The translations under genes were made by a program, and so were the position numbers. DNA of 63,577 nucleotides, the filler included, from Neolecta irregularis DAH-3 (lineage: Eukaryota), in the NCBI GenBank assembly GCA_001929475.1. It is 8 parts of 8 records of this genome, joined end to end, with 100 filler letters (N's around TTAATTAATTAA, not from the genome) between each part and the next. Parts side by side here need not be neighbours in the genome. Positions count along the whole stretch, not along the records: positions 35,206 to 42,378 come from LXFE01002685.1; positions 42,479 to 54,639 come from LXFE01000225.1; 6 more parts are not named here. One strand, written 5' to 3'. Below are positions 35,939-49,250 of this stretch, piece after piece (position 1 is the stretch's first letter; each line of letters starts with the position of its first letter). The notes below the pieces were generated by a model. That model did not search any database. It saw nothing but the letters and a program-made list of their open reading frames with translations, and had not been told where the DNA came from.

Positions 35939-38864
35939 TTAACTAACAGTTGGAAAAGTCCTCTTTTTACGACCTCTTTCTTCTTCTTTCCTATGCTCAA
36001 CCTCGTCTACAAATGCTTTTGTGTGAGTAGATTCCCATTCTCTCCGAATGTACTGCAATGCAGCAATATTATACCCAATTGTATCTTTTTGAGCCTGCAG
36101 GGCAGCCCGGAGATTGGCACGAACCGAGTCTAACATTGGTCTCATCACTTTATTGGCGACAATTTGATCGTGGTGAGTCTTAAGGAGAAAGAAGAGAAGC
36201 CGACATACTAAGGAGTTATTCCACTGCTATTCAACTTAGCAATTTTCATTCAAAATGGGTACCTTTGCCGACCACAGATCAATAAAGGTCAACATCTGGA
36301 TGACTTTTTCAAACGGTAGAACAAGCAAGGCATCCTCCATAGCACTGGCCTTAATCTTCTCCACTACATTGAGAACATAACGTTCAGCACTGATGTCTTC
36401 CAAAGCCCGAAATATTGGATCTCTCGCAGGAGGGGCCATATTGGGTCGCTTCGATTTCTGTCCAAGATAGTCTGCCATCAGCTTCAGATCTACAACTCCC
36501 AGATCAATGGCCTCCATTATGCGTTCTCCGGCCATTAATGTCTCTATCGTCTGTTTCCGGGCAGGCACAGCCTCGACCCTTTCTTGGGTCATATCCTCAT
36601 CGTTCTCAAGGTTGGTAGTTAATGCTGCTTCATACAATTCTTCAAGCTCTTTCTCTCGCTCTTCTTCAAGGAAAATTTGCTCATCTGTTCTTTCCCAAAC
36701 ACGAATTGAACGATCATGACTTGCAGATACGAGCTTAGCTCCATTCCTGCTAATGGCCAAGGCCCAAATCTCGCCATGATGACCATCCATCTTCATGATA
36801 TTCTCGAACTTGTCACCATCCCAATATTTGATCATCTTGTCCTTCCCGGCGGTGAAGAAATTTCGACCGCCGTCTCGATCGAATGTCACGGCCATGATAC
36901 TGTCTTGATGAGCGAATATTGATTTATGACAATCTCCAAAGTCAAGCCCCCATAATTTGACATTTTTATCAGCGGAAACAGTCGCAAGGAGCTTTGAGTC
37001 GGGTGAAATGTCCATAGCAAGAACCGGGAGCTTATGGCCGTATAAAGAAAGGAAAAATTTCATTGTGTCGGAATAAAAGACTTTCACAGTAGAGTCGAGA
37101 AGCGAAACCGCGAGAAGATTTGCATCAGGCGAATAACGAACGTATAGCACATCATCTGTGACTTTAAGAGTTTTTCTTGCAATAGGATTGACAGGAGATT
37201 TAGCCTGCAAGTCAGACTAGATGAAGCAATATCTTACCAGTCCATCAATACTCCAGGACTTCACAGTTTTATCCGCACTTCCCGTGGCTAAAGTCCGATT
37301 ATCTGGATGCAGTTGTAGACTCCATAGAGCCCCCTCATGAGCCTCAATAGTCTCGGATAACGTTGAGGACGGAACGTCGAAAATTTCCAACAACCCCGCC
37401 TTTGTCCCGACGACCACCTGTAATTAGCCTGGATTGCAACCTTACACTTACGTATTTGTTTCCAGGCAAAAAGGTGCAACACAAAGCATAACTACAATCT
37501 AAAGTTCTGATACAACTGCCGGTCTTCAAATTCCATATCTTCAAGGATCCATTTGCTGCGGAGGCAAGCATTTCATCATCGGAGCTCAGACATATTGCAC
37601 GAATGTCAGACCGATGACCGGGAAGTTCTAAACAGTGAGGTTTCGCATAATCTGCAGGTCCGGGTTTCTTGTTCACCGAAGGAACCGTGTATATCTCCAG
37701 GCTATTGTTCGTTAATGTAGCAAGAAACTTCAAGGTTAGATTCGAAGACGGGGAAGTGCGAATTACTTGAATAAAGCCTGATTTGTCCGGGGCCCCGAAC
37801 CCCCAGGAAATCGACCGAACTTTAGCAGGCGTTCTTACGATTGCATAAGGAATGAACACATCATCGATATCGAGAGAAATGACTTCGTTAGTAGAGCCTT
37901 CCTTTTCCTTTCTGCGCTTCTTTTTTCGAGATATGGCCTTTTCCTTTTCTTTCTCATTCCGAATTTTCCAAATTTCGACAGCTTTCTCATGGCCATGGCA
38001 AGCCAAGAAATAACCAGCAGGATGGAATTTTAGTGTTGTTGCTCGATCTTTATTTCGCCTATAGATTATAGATTCGCCACTTGTCAGGCGCTTAAAATTC
38101 GGATCGTCAGACATAGCTGACCTAACATTCCAAATTTTTATTTCTCCATCGGGACCAGCAGTGGCAAGTTGTTCGTAATTTGATCTCACGTCCATGGCCC
38201 AAACTTCTCCACGATGCGCAATATGTGTTTCCGTGCAATGTCTGGTTTCCAAATCCCAGAGCTTGAGGAAGGAATCTTTGCCACAACTAACAATAATAGA
38301 CATCTGATCCATTTTCTCTCCAACCTTGATGAATGCAAGCCCAGTAATTTGATCACGGTGACCTCGTAAACGACAGACACCAGTTTCCGAAATTATATCC
38401 CATACAATCAGATCTGTATCTTTGGATCCTGAGACGAGTTGTGTACCATTCTCGTCGAAACATAGAGCGGTAACGGCTGACCTATGACCGTTGAACGTAA
38501 CTATGGGATCTGAGCCTTTTGTCTCGGTTGACCATAGTCTGATTGTGCCATCTGAGTATCCAACAGCGAATACGTTTGATTGCGCGGGATTCCGGGCGAT
38601 CTGTGTGACTTCCGCTTTACAGTCAACTTCAGAGAATCTCATAACCTAAGACTTAACATGAGATATCACGATAAACCATACTTCTTCGCCCTTTTTGACA
38701 TCCCAGACAATGATCTGCTCGAGGGCGGGAACAATAGCCCACCCCCCAACAGCCTTCTTGTTTGTTGAAGAAATACGATCAGACGCATATACGGAATTGG
38801 ACTGGGAAGATGTTATCAGGCCAAAGACGGTAGCAGACTCATATCGGAGATAGGACTTGACCAT
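35939..38864 (-). CDS. UTP12: SSU processome WD40 protein Utp12/Dip2
   Basis: MVKSYLRY, many WD repeats, FFLSLYGHKLPV, WGLDFGDCHKS.FAHQDS, FLEEEREKELEELYE, Utp12 C-terminal domain. Confidence 0.96.
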
Positions 38865-39117
38865 GTGTGCCGACGGGGAAAAATTCCCAGAATACAAAAA
38901 AGTTTACCGCCGAGTGGTGAACGTGAGAAATACATAGCTTCGCAGCGGACTGTAATCAGCTACAGGGAACAATACATTTATCTGTTAAATGCAGGCCAAA
39001 TGTATGAATACGGCACCACGATACCTTAAAGCTTGGTGGTGAATGTCTATGCGGTGTAATTATATATGTGGAGTGTGCGGCCCACACCAGCTGTTGCCTT
39101 TGTACCAGTCTACCGTC

Positions 39118-40126
39118 ATGCTGCTTATCGAGCCGCATAACGATCTTCTGCGCTCCTTACTAACAGAACGCTTCAATTCGTGTGCGCCTATGTGAGTCTG
39201 TGTGCTGACTGCAGCTCTTCGCAATCTACGCTTGACCAGATCGCTTCAGAGTTTGATCTAACAAATTTCCATATCAGCTCAATCTCAAAGACAAAGATCC
39301 TTGTCTCGATATCCACAAAATGCTGGCCCGATCTCGTAAAATACGGCGTACATGATCTAATGCAACGCGAGTACCCGGGACTTACCACATCTCCTGAACA
39401 CAGCTACGACTACTCTATCGAAATCGATTTAGAGAAGCTCCCTGAGTCGCAGGACGAAAGGGAGGATTTAATCAGAAGAGTGAGTTTGATGAAACGGAAT
39501 GCATTCGCTGCACCATTCGAACAAGCATTTAAAATACATGATACACTTTCTAAGGAATATAATCCAGAAAACCCGCCACAGTCGACTCCGGAAGTTTTAA
39601 CCATTCACTACCGCGAGGAAGAGTCTATTTTTATAACTCCTTCGCATGACAGGGTGACCGTCATTTTCAGTACCGTGTTTCGAGAAGAGACTGATCGCAT
39701 ACTTGGCAAAATATTTCTTCAAGAATTTGTCGACGCTAGAAGACGGCAGGGGATGCAACAAGCTCCACAGGTTTTGTATTCTCGCGATCCACCACTAGAG
39801 ATTCGGGACCTTCCTGGATTGCGGGTTTCAGAAGACATCGGCTATATCACTTTTGGTTGTGTCCTCCACTTACTTAACTAACAAATTCAGTCCTTTTCCC
39901 GCGTCATCTCACACCACAAAAACGAGATGACTGCACGTCGAAGATTCAGCTGTTCCGAGATTATTTCCATTACCACATCAAATGTTCCAAGGTCTATATG
40001 CATAGTCGAATGCGTGCCCGAGTAAGTCAGTTCCTGAAGGTCATCAACCGTGCACGGCCAGAAAACCACGAGAAGGGAGAACGAAGAACGGCAAGTGGAC
40101 GATACATGCAAGGCGGTCGAAAGTAG
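39118..40126 (+). CDS. ARC35: Arp2/3 complex subunit ARPC2 (p34)
   Basis: [60 protein letters not shown]. Confidence 0.96.
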
Positions 40127-40213
40127 AGAGAATTTATGTCATGAACAAACAGCGCAATATCCCCATCCCATCCGAAACGCCAAAATTCCATAGTCTAGAT
40201 TCCAAAGTCCATA

Positions 40214-42378
40214 TTATTTTTTTCTCTCTTCAACGCTACAAAGTTCAACCTGAACTCCTGCATTTAAAAGCACGTCGATCCACACCAATTGCGTCTTTTT
40301 GATTAGTCCAAAGAGCGAGTGTATAGAACCTCAGACAGCCGATCTCCAGGGCCTTTTACTTCAGAAAATAAGCATTCTTTCTTCTCCAGATTCCAGAGAC
40401 TTGGTGTGAGTTGGTTTTACTATAGTCACAAACCATAAGTCGGGCATTCCAGAAGCCCGGTGTCCATATTCCTCTGCAAAGACTTTGCAAATCTGACTCA
40501 AGGCATATGTTCCAATGCACTTCAAGATCAGCAACATCAAGTATTATAATTATACCTCTGCAATTTGCACCAGTTCTTCGACAGCATACCGCCATTGCAA
40601 CCCAACACACCAGGTCTCGCGTACTTTCTCCCGATCATAAACTTCACGAATTAACCCTTCTGCACCTCCATTTTCAATATGGACCAGCCTCGAATTGATT
40701 TCCGAGAACCGAGAAGGATAAAACGCGTCAGAAGTAAGATCCATTGGTGCTGTTTGGAACTCGGTCTCGAAAACGCCCGGCAATGGAGTAAATAATATGT
40801 CCCAAAATAAAAGTGCAAACTAAGAGTCAATTCATTTGTGTTTTTGAAATATGAAGATACCAATGATGTAATAACACCATTCTCCGAATGATATCCTCTC
40901 CATCCTTCACTCTCATAAATTGACAAGCAAAGTTTCTCAACCGAGCATTCTGCACCATCATCGCCTCTCCAAACTGATTTTCGGCCAATTTCCTTCTCTG
41001 AGATCCTAACACCAACCATCGTCCTCGCTCGTGCTCTTTTTAATTTTACGTGTTCAAAAACGTGCTGCTCTCGCTTTGGAATATTAAGGTTTCTTTCTAG
41101 ACGGCAAATTCGCTTTTGTAGAGCGTTGTGATAAATGATGTGGGTATCTGGGTCCTGAAGACCCAGCTCACATGTCAGCAATGACTTCCCTAACCAAGAT
41201 TTCTCTTTCCCCATGTGCCGCTCTTCGATTAAGGAGAGCCTAGTCCGCCATTCCCCTCTTTTCCCTCTTCGGAACAGTCGTTGTGATAGTAATGCCGTAA
41301 GAACCTCATGTTCTTTCGAGTAATCACGAAACCGAGAAAGCACGTATGAGCCCCGATGAACAAGTCCAGTAAACACCCAACCTTCAGTAAATCTACGGAG
41401 GTAGTATTTGCTTGGATCATTTTCGTCTTCAACAGTTTCTTTGACAAGTTGCTTCCAACGAGGATATATACTTTCAAATATCTCGTGTATTTGGCCGAGC
41501 GTTTGTTTTGTTGGAGTTCTGTTCTCAAATAACTCTTCCACACGGGCTTCCAATTTTATCGAGGCTTCATAATCTAGTAGTGCTTGACGAGACGAGAACA
41601 CGTTGTTTGTACGGAAAACAATGTATTCCGGAAAATTTCGCTTCGATATGCGGGATAGGATCAAAGTTGTTAAAGATTTCTCGTTATATTCTGTGGTCCG
41701 GAAGAACACGAGATGAACGCGGTGAAGTACTAAGATAGGATCTTCTCGGAGGCGAATACAAGGCCCTGAAATCAATTAGTTTCTGGTAGCTGACACTCGA
41801 CACACCAGTCCGATTGAGAATTTTCTTTACCCAATTATCATCTTGCCGTTGAATCTTGCCCATCGTATTAAACGACAACTTCAATTGCCCTCTGTTAATC
41901 AAGGCGCATTGGCTCTTTCCCGCACTGCTCAAAGAAGCCTTGATCTGTTCCTTTGTAGTTCCTCGACATTTTGCTTCCTTTGCGAGATATTTTAGTTCAT
42001 CCAGTGATAACAATGAAAGAGCCTCATCCAGAGTTGTAATGCAATCTTGATCTTGCGCGAATTCGGGGAATAGTCCAAGGATCGCGGCAGGAACATTCGA
42101 TATATCATTGTGATAGGCGAGTTTATTAATACGAAACCACTGGCCCCGTTTCCGGAGGAATAGGCGGACAAAAAGATAGCGCGATTCGTCTATTTAACTG
42201 AGCAGCGACCCGAATTGATATAACCTACAATCCATGTTCTTATACGCAGCGAAAAATTCATGTTCTTGCGGAGAAAAGAGGTGGCTCTCGTTGCTTATCA
42301 CAGTCTCCAGTACCGTCTCAAAAGCGTCAACATAGATCGAATTCTTTAGTTCCGGCTGCTGCGGTTTCTCTGCAGGAA
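40214..42378 (-). CDS. FAN1: Fanconi-associated nuclease 1 (VRR-NUC), 5' end in the gap
   Basis: SIYVDAFE, LFVRLFLRK, SVEKLCL..EGWRGYHSE, FQTAPMDL, GMPDL, EVKGPGDRLSETQLVW. Confidence 0.93.
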
Positions 42379-42485
42379 NNNNNNNNNNNNNNNNNNNNNN
42401 NNNNNNNNNNNNNNNNNNNNNNTTAATTAATTAANNNNNNNNNNNNNNNNNNNNNNNNNNNNNNNNNNNNNNNNNNNNCCTCCCA

Positions 42486-42665
42486 CAGTGTTGTGGATGG
42501 ACCATGGACTTAATCCAGTCCATTAAAAGTCCATGGACTGGACTTGGAAAAAGCCTGGCCCATCATGGGCCTAATTGGTCATATCACGTGTTATTAGATT
42601 GGAGGATTTATCGCGTTTATCAAAGTGACAGGGAAAAAGCTCTGCTTGCTTCCTCATACTCCCTC
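42486..42665 (+). mobile_element. hAT-like non-autonomous element fragment
   Basis: CAGTGTTGTGGATGGACCATGGAC...; homologous to the reverse complement of 60565-60740 and to 62940-63050. Confidence 0.75.
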
Positions 42666-42669
42666 GACT

Positions 42670-44560
42670 TCCTTTTGTGACCAACTCTGTTCGCGACTCC
42701 ATTTCCATCCACGCCCCCAGCCTTGGCATCTTCTGCTTGGGTCTTTCTTTCAGTCTGGTCAACAATCTCGGAATATTCTCACGTATTGGATATTTTATTT
42801 TAGCTTCATGGAAGGATATTCGAACATCTAGAACTTCCCTTTTGGCTTGGTGTCGTGTTGATCCCCTGTTCCAGTTTAGACTGAGAATATATGAAATTGG
42901 GTCATGTTTCATGACTATAGTGAACCATTCAACACACTTTCGAATCCATCAAGTTCTTTTTCTACATTTAAAAAAGAATTTATGGTCGCTCACGTCATAC
43001 GGACTTACCTTTCGGAAAGTTCGTATTTCCAAATGATTTGCCAAATGATTTGCGGAAACCAGAAATCTTAATGATTGCACCTCAAACAAAATGCTCTTCA
43101 ACCTTCCCAGTCAAAGAGAATCACGGCAACTTTATCTTTCAAGCGATACCCTCAATCATGAAACCACGTTGTCAAGTGCAAGTCGTCTTCCTGGAATCGA
43201 ATCACGATAGAATCCGTGTTCACGTTATACTGATGGAATAAAAATATCTACGAATGGCAGGAGAGCAAGTTTCTTTAATTAATTCATCTATCGGGTTCTT
43301 CATATCCCGCAACTTGATCCTTTGAACACAGCCCGATAAATTGACAGGGTGCGAGCTATCGTAACGGGCACACGGGATTGCGATAGTGGACCTGGGACTC
43401 TATAAAAGATGAAGCATTTCCTTAAGTTTTTACCATCCATTGGATCTCATCAATTTCATTATCATGCGATTCCTCAGTACTTTTGCGACTTTTCTTGTCT
43501 TGTTCTTCAGTGTTTTGCCAGGTATATTCGTTCAAAGACTCATCTGAGTTGTAGTACTTGCTCTGCCAGCCACTGATTCCGTTACCAATGCTAAGCGAAG
43601 CACATGGGGGACCACCGTTAATCATTGTAACAACTGCGGGTATGCTTATGAAATATACTATGGCACGGTAGTAGGCTGTCTTGATCAAATCTGCAAGTTA
43701 TCCTTAGTCTCAGTCTGACAGTCAAGCACAGTACTATGGGGATAACGACTGGGCTAATGTATCGAATCTATTTGGTCAATTGAATAAAATCGTTTTGGAA
43801 GCCAGTAGTAGTTATGCTGGATATTCCAAAGAATGGCAGACCAACATTCGTTCCGTCGTTGACGAGTGGGATAATCAATGTACAGGTACCTGTGCACTGG
43901 TTGCAAAACCCGCTATACAACAATGCTCCTATGCGTTGTAGTGATTTGAAGTTGATCGGTGGTGTGATTAAGATTGGGAAGATTTGTTGAGATTGCATGT
44001 ACAAGTCGTCTCTGAGAAATTGAATATCCTTTATTTTATCTATATGAAGTGTCCCACATGGGGTGAGCCTTGATATTCATGCCATCGCTTGAGCACTCAT
44101 TGAAATTGATTTCCTTTCTATGTGAGAGCATTCCTTTATGTCGTTTAAATTATCTTTCATTATTGTGCAACCCAAACATCTATCATATTTTCCCATTCTC
44201 TAGAAAGAAATCAAGTGTTGTGACAAATATTTTCTTCGTTCCATGAAAATTCGTTAGTCAATATCTAAAATTTGTTTCTTATTCTCCTGTTTGCCCGGGT
44301 TTTCGACCTGCAGGTTGAACATAATATCTTCGATCTCCCGCGTAACTAGTGTTTGGCTGATGTTTATTGCAATTTGTCTGGACGTGCTTTCATGTTCTGC
44401 ATTGCTCAACATTTGCCAGTCTCACTCAGGTTCATCTGCATCATGTATATTTAGGCTCACTTATGCGATGGATTTACTCTATTTTTCGCTTCTAGACCAT
44501 ATGTTGATTAATAGTATCGTTGAATTCCTACTTATGTTTTCCATATATCGAAAATGATTG
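42670..44560 (-). pseudogene. Decayed multi-exon gene of unknown family
   Basis: Coding-like frames with isolated stops; clear GTAAGT..TAG intron at about 42962-43008. Confidence 0.35.
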
Positions 44561-44610
44561 ATATCTCCCTGTCTTTGAGATTATCATAGCTTCTTCCATG
44601 CTTCCTCTAT

Positions 44611-47600
44611 CTAGATAACACTCATAAATTTATAGAAATTCACGACATTGGCACCTGGCGTTCCAAGCCCATAAGTATAAATAAACCTTGAAAGTTAGAA
44701 TCAGACCCAGCTGAGAAATTTACCTGCTAGCAACATACGCTGCAAACATACTTCGTTGATAACTCTCAGGAAGTCGCTGTATAACAGTCTCAACACCAAC
44801 TCTCTCAATCAATGTCTTTGGCAACAATTTCGTGAAGACTGAATACCGAGCCTTTTTATCGGCAAGCAGATCAGTCTTTTCTAACTCAGCACGAAGTTCT
44901 ACAATGGCAGTTGATAAATCATCGCTGAGTAACGTTCGAGATTTTTTAGTTGCAATGTGCGCTTTTTCGATTGCTGCGAATTCTGATGCTGCATTTGCGA
45001 TGATAATATTTTTGATGTCTTCAACATAAGATTCGTAATAATCTGTCGCAGCGTGGTTTTGGAAACACATCAGAGAATCGTATTCTGCATCATCTAAGGC
45101 AAGACCAGCAAGAACTTCAAGGGATGAACTTGTTACGCCACCCTTAAACATTAATACGATTCCTGGGAGATGAATATGCCTTATTTGCACTGGCGTCTTT
45201 AAAGAGGACAACCCTGTGCTTCTCAAGGAACAGTCGGGCTTCCTGAGTGATAAAAAGATTTGCTCCTTCAACGATATACTTGAAGTGAGGCTTTCCATCT
45301 GCTCCAAAAAGTTTCCGGACATTGCTCATATTAATGCTCTCAGGCCGACCACCACATGGAACAAAGATATCTGAGGTAACTCGAAGATGGAAGGCATCTC
45401 TGAATGATACGCCATCCGGAATTATTTCACCAGCTATTTATCAGTCAGAAGATAACAACAACTTTACAGGGAAGTTTGATGTCAACGTCTTCAACCATGA
45501 TCTTGTAGCCTCCTTTTCCAAGCTTCTCTTTATCGAAATGAGAAACCATGCTTCGAGCTTTTGCAAGCCGTACGAGCTCTGCTCGATCAAGTCCATTTGG
45601 ATCATACACAACACCAGATCCATCAACCACACCAATCGTCTTATCCTTGCTCAACAAGATTTCGTCTGCACATTTAGCATCCACTATTGAATTGCAAAAT
45701 CTCACTCGATCCAAGATCCCCATCCGGACCACCCGTTTGAACTTTCGTTACCTGAGTCTCATCAAGTCCGAATTGTTTATAGATTCCCAAGATATATTGA
45801 CGAATCGAAAGACTAGTCATTCCATAGACGTCATGAGGAATTCCACCTAGGGTTGATGCCGATTTCCCGGTGGTGAATGAATTCCACCAAGGCGCACCTC
45901 GATATCGTGCGTGCATGGCTGCCCAATCCATGAATTCTGCAGTGTTCTCATCTGGGCCGAGAAAAATTATTTCAGGTTTCTTGTAAAGGTCGATAATAGG
46001 CTAATCGATTAGGAAAGACAAGGTCTGTGTTGATACATCTTTAATCCCGGCAGATTCACCTCTAAGAAGAAGATCAAGCATGACGTCGCAGTATTTTTGG
46101 AAAGCAATAAAAGCTTTGTCTTGTTCTTCGGCGTCAAGTAGGATAATCCCTTTCGAACCACCCTCAGGGATGTCCTTATTTTTTCGTTGTTGAGTAGCAG
46201 CTAAACTGGTTGATTAGAACTGGTTTAGCAAAGGATTAAACGCGTAGTTTTCATCAAAACAGTTACGCAGATTGATAGAATATGCTTCACGATTGCGACT
46301 CTTAACGACCCGAACACCACCCCGTGCAACATCCTTGAGACGTAAATGGAATCCTCTAAACTCCGCTCCGACAAACATAAACATTCCAAATAGTTTCTGG
46401 GGATATTCAACCTCGGGGAGAAAGGCGGGGTCCAATCGGAATCCGAATGCGACTTTTGTGGGTTGGTAAAAATTGGTCTTGAGGATATGTTTGTTAAAGA
46501 CCAGGAAAGACTCGAGAACAAGAAATTCATCGCTATTTTTGGCAACTCGCTTCAGATGAATATGAAGTTCTTGGTCTGTAAGAGGATGCGACGTTTGGAG
46601 ACGTTGGTAGGAGAGAGTGGGTCCGAGTTCTCCGCTTCGAGGGTCTACGTAATGCGTCATAGCAAAGTTAACATAGAGAAGTTTAATCAGCTCAGGATAT
46701 CGCATGATGATTTCAAGGATGTACTCTCGGGTGAAAGTGTCCTGACGAAGACGCTTCTTGATGTTATTGAGGACTTCTTGATGACCCGGGTCATCTGAAT
46801 TTAGTATTCGAACAAGACTGGTATACTCATTTCCTAAACGATTCAAGAAATGCTGAGCGAATATCCATCCGATATGTGCGTATACAGTCTCCTGCAAACT
46901 CAGTTGCCGCTTCTGAAAAAGAGGTTGCAGTGGTGAATTGGGATGACAGAACATAAGTGATGCATCCTTCATGACCTGATAGATGCTTTCCTCGATAGGT
47001 ATAGTAGTCCGTGAAGCATGTGCGGGGCTAAGACAAATAAGGACGATCGTTACGCCATTGCTGAACTGTTCGACGTATTTTCGGCTACTCGTGAGTTCCC
47101 AGGCGTGGTAAGTATCACTGAGCTTTGAAAAGAAATTCTTTGTGGTCTTATGTCGGTATGCAACGACAAGTCGTTTCTCTCGGGAACCCTCAACGTCGAA
47201 AACATCAATGACTGGGCCTGATCGTGTCAAGACAACGTTCATCAATCTTTGATAAATATCGAGGATGTTTTGGCTTGCCTTTTTGAGAAATGTCTTGTCA
47301 GAGACAGATTTGATGTCGACTTGCTCGAGGTTCTCGGGCACATCAGACTGGACAAAATCGCACTTCTTCACAAAATAGCATCGAAGTTGATTCTCGGTAT
47401 TGTCCGAAACGGGCCCTGGTGAGCAGTAAGTTTCGAGCCTGTAGGCAAGAGACTTGGAGGAGTTGTTGAGATACTTCTCATCAATCCTTAAGCAATCAAT
47501 ACGAGCAGAGTATGTTTCTTCCATACCTCTTCTCATACTGAGGACCGCCGACGACGGAGACTCCTGGCCTTGCTGTCAATATGTAGACTGCAGACTCATC

Positions 47601-48058
47601 AATCTCGCGATTCAGTTTAATGTCGAAACTTTTGGAGTTGCGAGAAAAAGCCGAAACCTTTGCACTGTACAAAGCGAGAATATGGTTTGCAATGGTTTCG
47701 ACACTGCTTGTTTGAAAATACATGTCTTTGTGTGAGAATTTCGACATGACAGTCAGACATACCGTCAATACCAAGGTTGGAATAGAACCAAGCGACTTCT
47801 GAAATGACCAAAGACTGTGGGATAAAGCCCATGTTTAAAACGATATCGGTGACCTCTGTCATTTGCTCTGCTTTACCCTGGCTGGTGAATTGATTGTGTC
47901 GCGAGAAAACTCACCTCGTAGACATTGGTCTCGTATGGTTTTTCGGCTTTCATATGATGGTTATAGTCGGCCATTCCGGGAACATGGGCATTTGGGGTGC
48001 TTGTTCCGCTAGTACGTGTGGGAAATGCAATGGAGGAGGAGCCGTTGGGAACGGTCAT
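44611..48058 (-). CDS. GDH2: NAD-specific glutamate dehydrogenase (large type)
   Basis: SSRKYVEQFSNG, LKTNFYQPTKVA, FRGFHLR.KDVARGG, KNKDIPEGGSKG, FLGPDENTA, QTGGPDGDLGSNEI, PCGGRPESI, IVEGANLF. Confidence 0.96.
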
Positions 48059-49250
48059 TGTGAATTGAGGAAGAGGAAATGAGAGAGGAGCTTCTGGTGG
48101 GTGAGGCTTTTAAATGACCAATACTGCAAAAAAGGGCGGATGACAAGGTCACGCTACCAGCTTGCGATCATATCGGCGCGCATGGCGACATGATCCAGAT
48201 TTAGTTTCTCCTTTTCATTCTTGTTTTTGTTTGTATTTTCTGTCTATGGTCTGCGGAATTTTATACTGTGATTGATGGAGCTGTAACACCGTCCTCGGGC
48301 TTTCTATGCTGCGAAATTCCTGGCTGCCGCTGTCCAGAGATCTTCTGTGCATGTTCAAAAGAGCGCCTGTTACCTCTGTTCAACAAGCTTTAAGAAGCTA
48401 GCCTTTCTGAGGGCATTCAGCTCTTCGTTCAAGACTCGGCCGATTTCTTATGACGGGAGGATGGGTCAGCTGCGAGTCTACATCACGCTTGGCGGCGGTC
48501 ACATTGTTAGCGAAGGGATATATCCTGTCTTGCAACGTTCCACCATTTCTCTCATGAGCGTCGCGAGGAACTCTAAGCCCCGTCTTCCTTCCATGTAGGG
48601 ATGTGAGAGAATCGGGACTATTCGGGAGCCTCAATGCTGGTGAACTTGCCGCAATTCGAGTTATTGACTCCCTCGGAGAAATCTTTATAACCTCCGATTG
48701 ATGATTCTCTTAAAACGGCCACCATCCAAAGTACATACATCCACTTGCTCCACTGGTTTCACTGGTTTCACTAACTCCGATGAAAAACATTGGTCGGAGG
48801 GTTCAGCCCTACTGCCAATTCATGGGGTTCGCCATGGGATAATAAGCCTCCTTCTCCTTTTTTGTGGCAGCCAGTATATTAGGAATTCGAGGAGGATGTG
48901 TTGTTTTTTATTAGAGGTCCCCCCAAAAATATAATTTCTCACACATTAGGAGAAGGAAATCGGCGCCAGCTTAGATCATGGGAACTATTTGGTGATGAAG
49001 AAGAAGGTGAACAGTTAGGTCTTCGCTTTACTAGTGTTTTTGAGAAGAATTCTCGAATTGAGGAACCGAAACTACGTAAAATACAGGACCGGATGCTTGC
49101 AATTGATGATGGGGGATTGTTATTCACAGGTTTCATGGCGCAGATTTTATGTGTTCCAAACGCAAAGTAAATGTTCTTAGCTAGTTGTAATATATGGAAT
49201 TGAATTTCAGTTAATCAAAATATTAGTACACATCAACTTCCAAAACCGAG

